Positions 63,700-64,000 of a stretch of DNA of 64,000 bases are shown here, piece by piece; position 1 is the stretch's first letter; each line of letters begins with the position of its first letter. The stretch lies in the NCBI RefSeq assembly GCF_000143415.4, contig NW_003314269.1:86401-150400 (forward strand), read 5' to 3'. The position numbers and the translations under genes are program-made. Under the pieces are notes generated by a model. The model ran no database searches, had not been told where the DNA came from, and worked only from the letters and a program-made list of their open reading frames with translations. The stretch comes from Selaginella moellendorffii (Eukaryota > Plantae > Lycopodiophyta).

Positions 63700-64000
63700 T
63701 TGTAAGTAACCCAATATAGAGGGAAAAAGCTAAAAAATGAGAGTGCATATTTTTTTTCTAACCAGTTAAGGTTTTGAGGTATTTTGAGTTAAGTATCCTT
63801 GAGTTTGAATAGTATTAAAATAAATGACCTCTTGTCGGATTATAACCAATAAAAGAGAATGGTTTGATATAAAGAAAAAGGGCATATAAACAAGAATACA
63901 CCCACTTTTTCAATCGGTTTTAGTATTCTTAGGTTTGAGTAGTATTAAGTTTGAGTCTTAGGTTTAGTAACTTTTAAGAAAATTCAAATTCAAAGTTTAC
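63700..64000 (+). mobile_element. Strongly decayed Cassandra-like LTR fragments
   Basis: tgtaagtaacc...gagtgca...gttaagtatccttgagtttgaatagtatt...tgacctc and terminal aaattcaaagtttac resemble the TRIM LTR. Confidence 0.55.

Overview
Repeat-rich eukaryotic (land-plant) genomic DNA. Very short GT-AG introns (~45-65 bp), plant-type fibrillin and GST genes and plant LTR elements suggest a compact-intron non-seed plant such as Selaginella (inference). About two thirds of the window is decayed or nested Ty3/gypsy and Ty1/copia sequence, including one young non-autonomous LTR element (25162-31927) and Cassandra-like TRIMs with 5S-rRNA-derived LTRs. Recognisable host genes are a fibrillin (FBN9-like), a theta-class GST, and a rearranged cluster of an unrecognised, very hydrophobic 181-aa secreted protein (2 intact copies, many broken ones). 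The most unusual feature is a ~9-kb DNA transposon (13082-22117; perfect 24-bp TIRs, 4-bp AATA duplication). It carries a truncated Sola/DUF7869-like transposase and a divergently oriented multi-exon cargo gene whose product looks like a ParB/Srx-like domain plus a degenerate beta-class amino-DNA-methyltransferase fold. About 20 copies of one 22-bp palindrome (ATGGCATGAGGCCTCATGCCAT) lie inside the element, one in most of the cargo gene's micro-introns and clustered between the two genes, suggesting a ParB/parS-like self-recognition system or a mini-introner. Domain calls are by-eye motif recognition, not database searches; boundaries of decayed retroelements are approximate.
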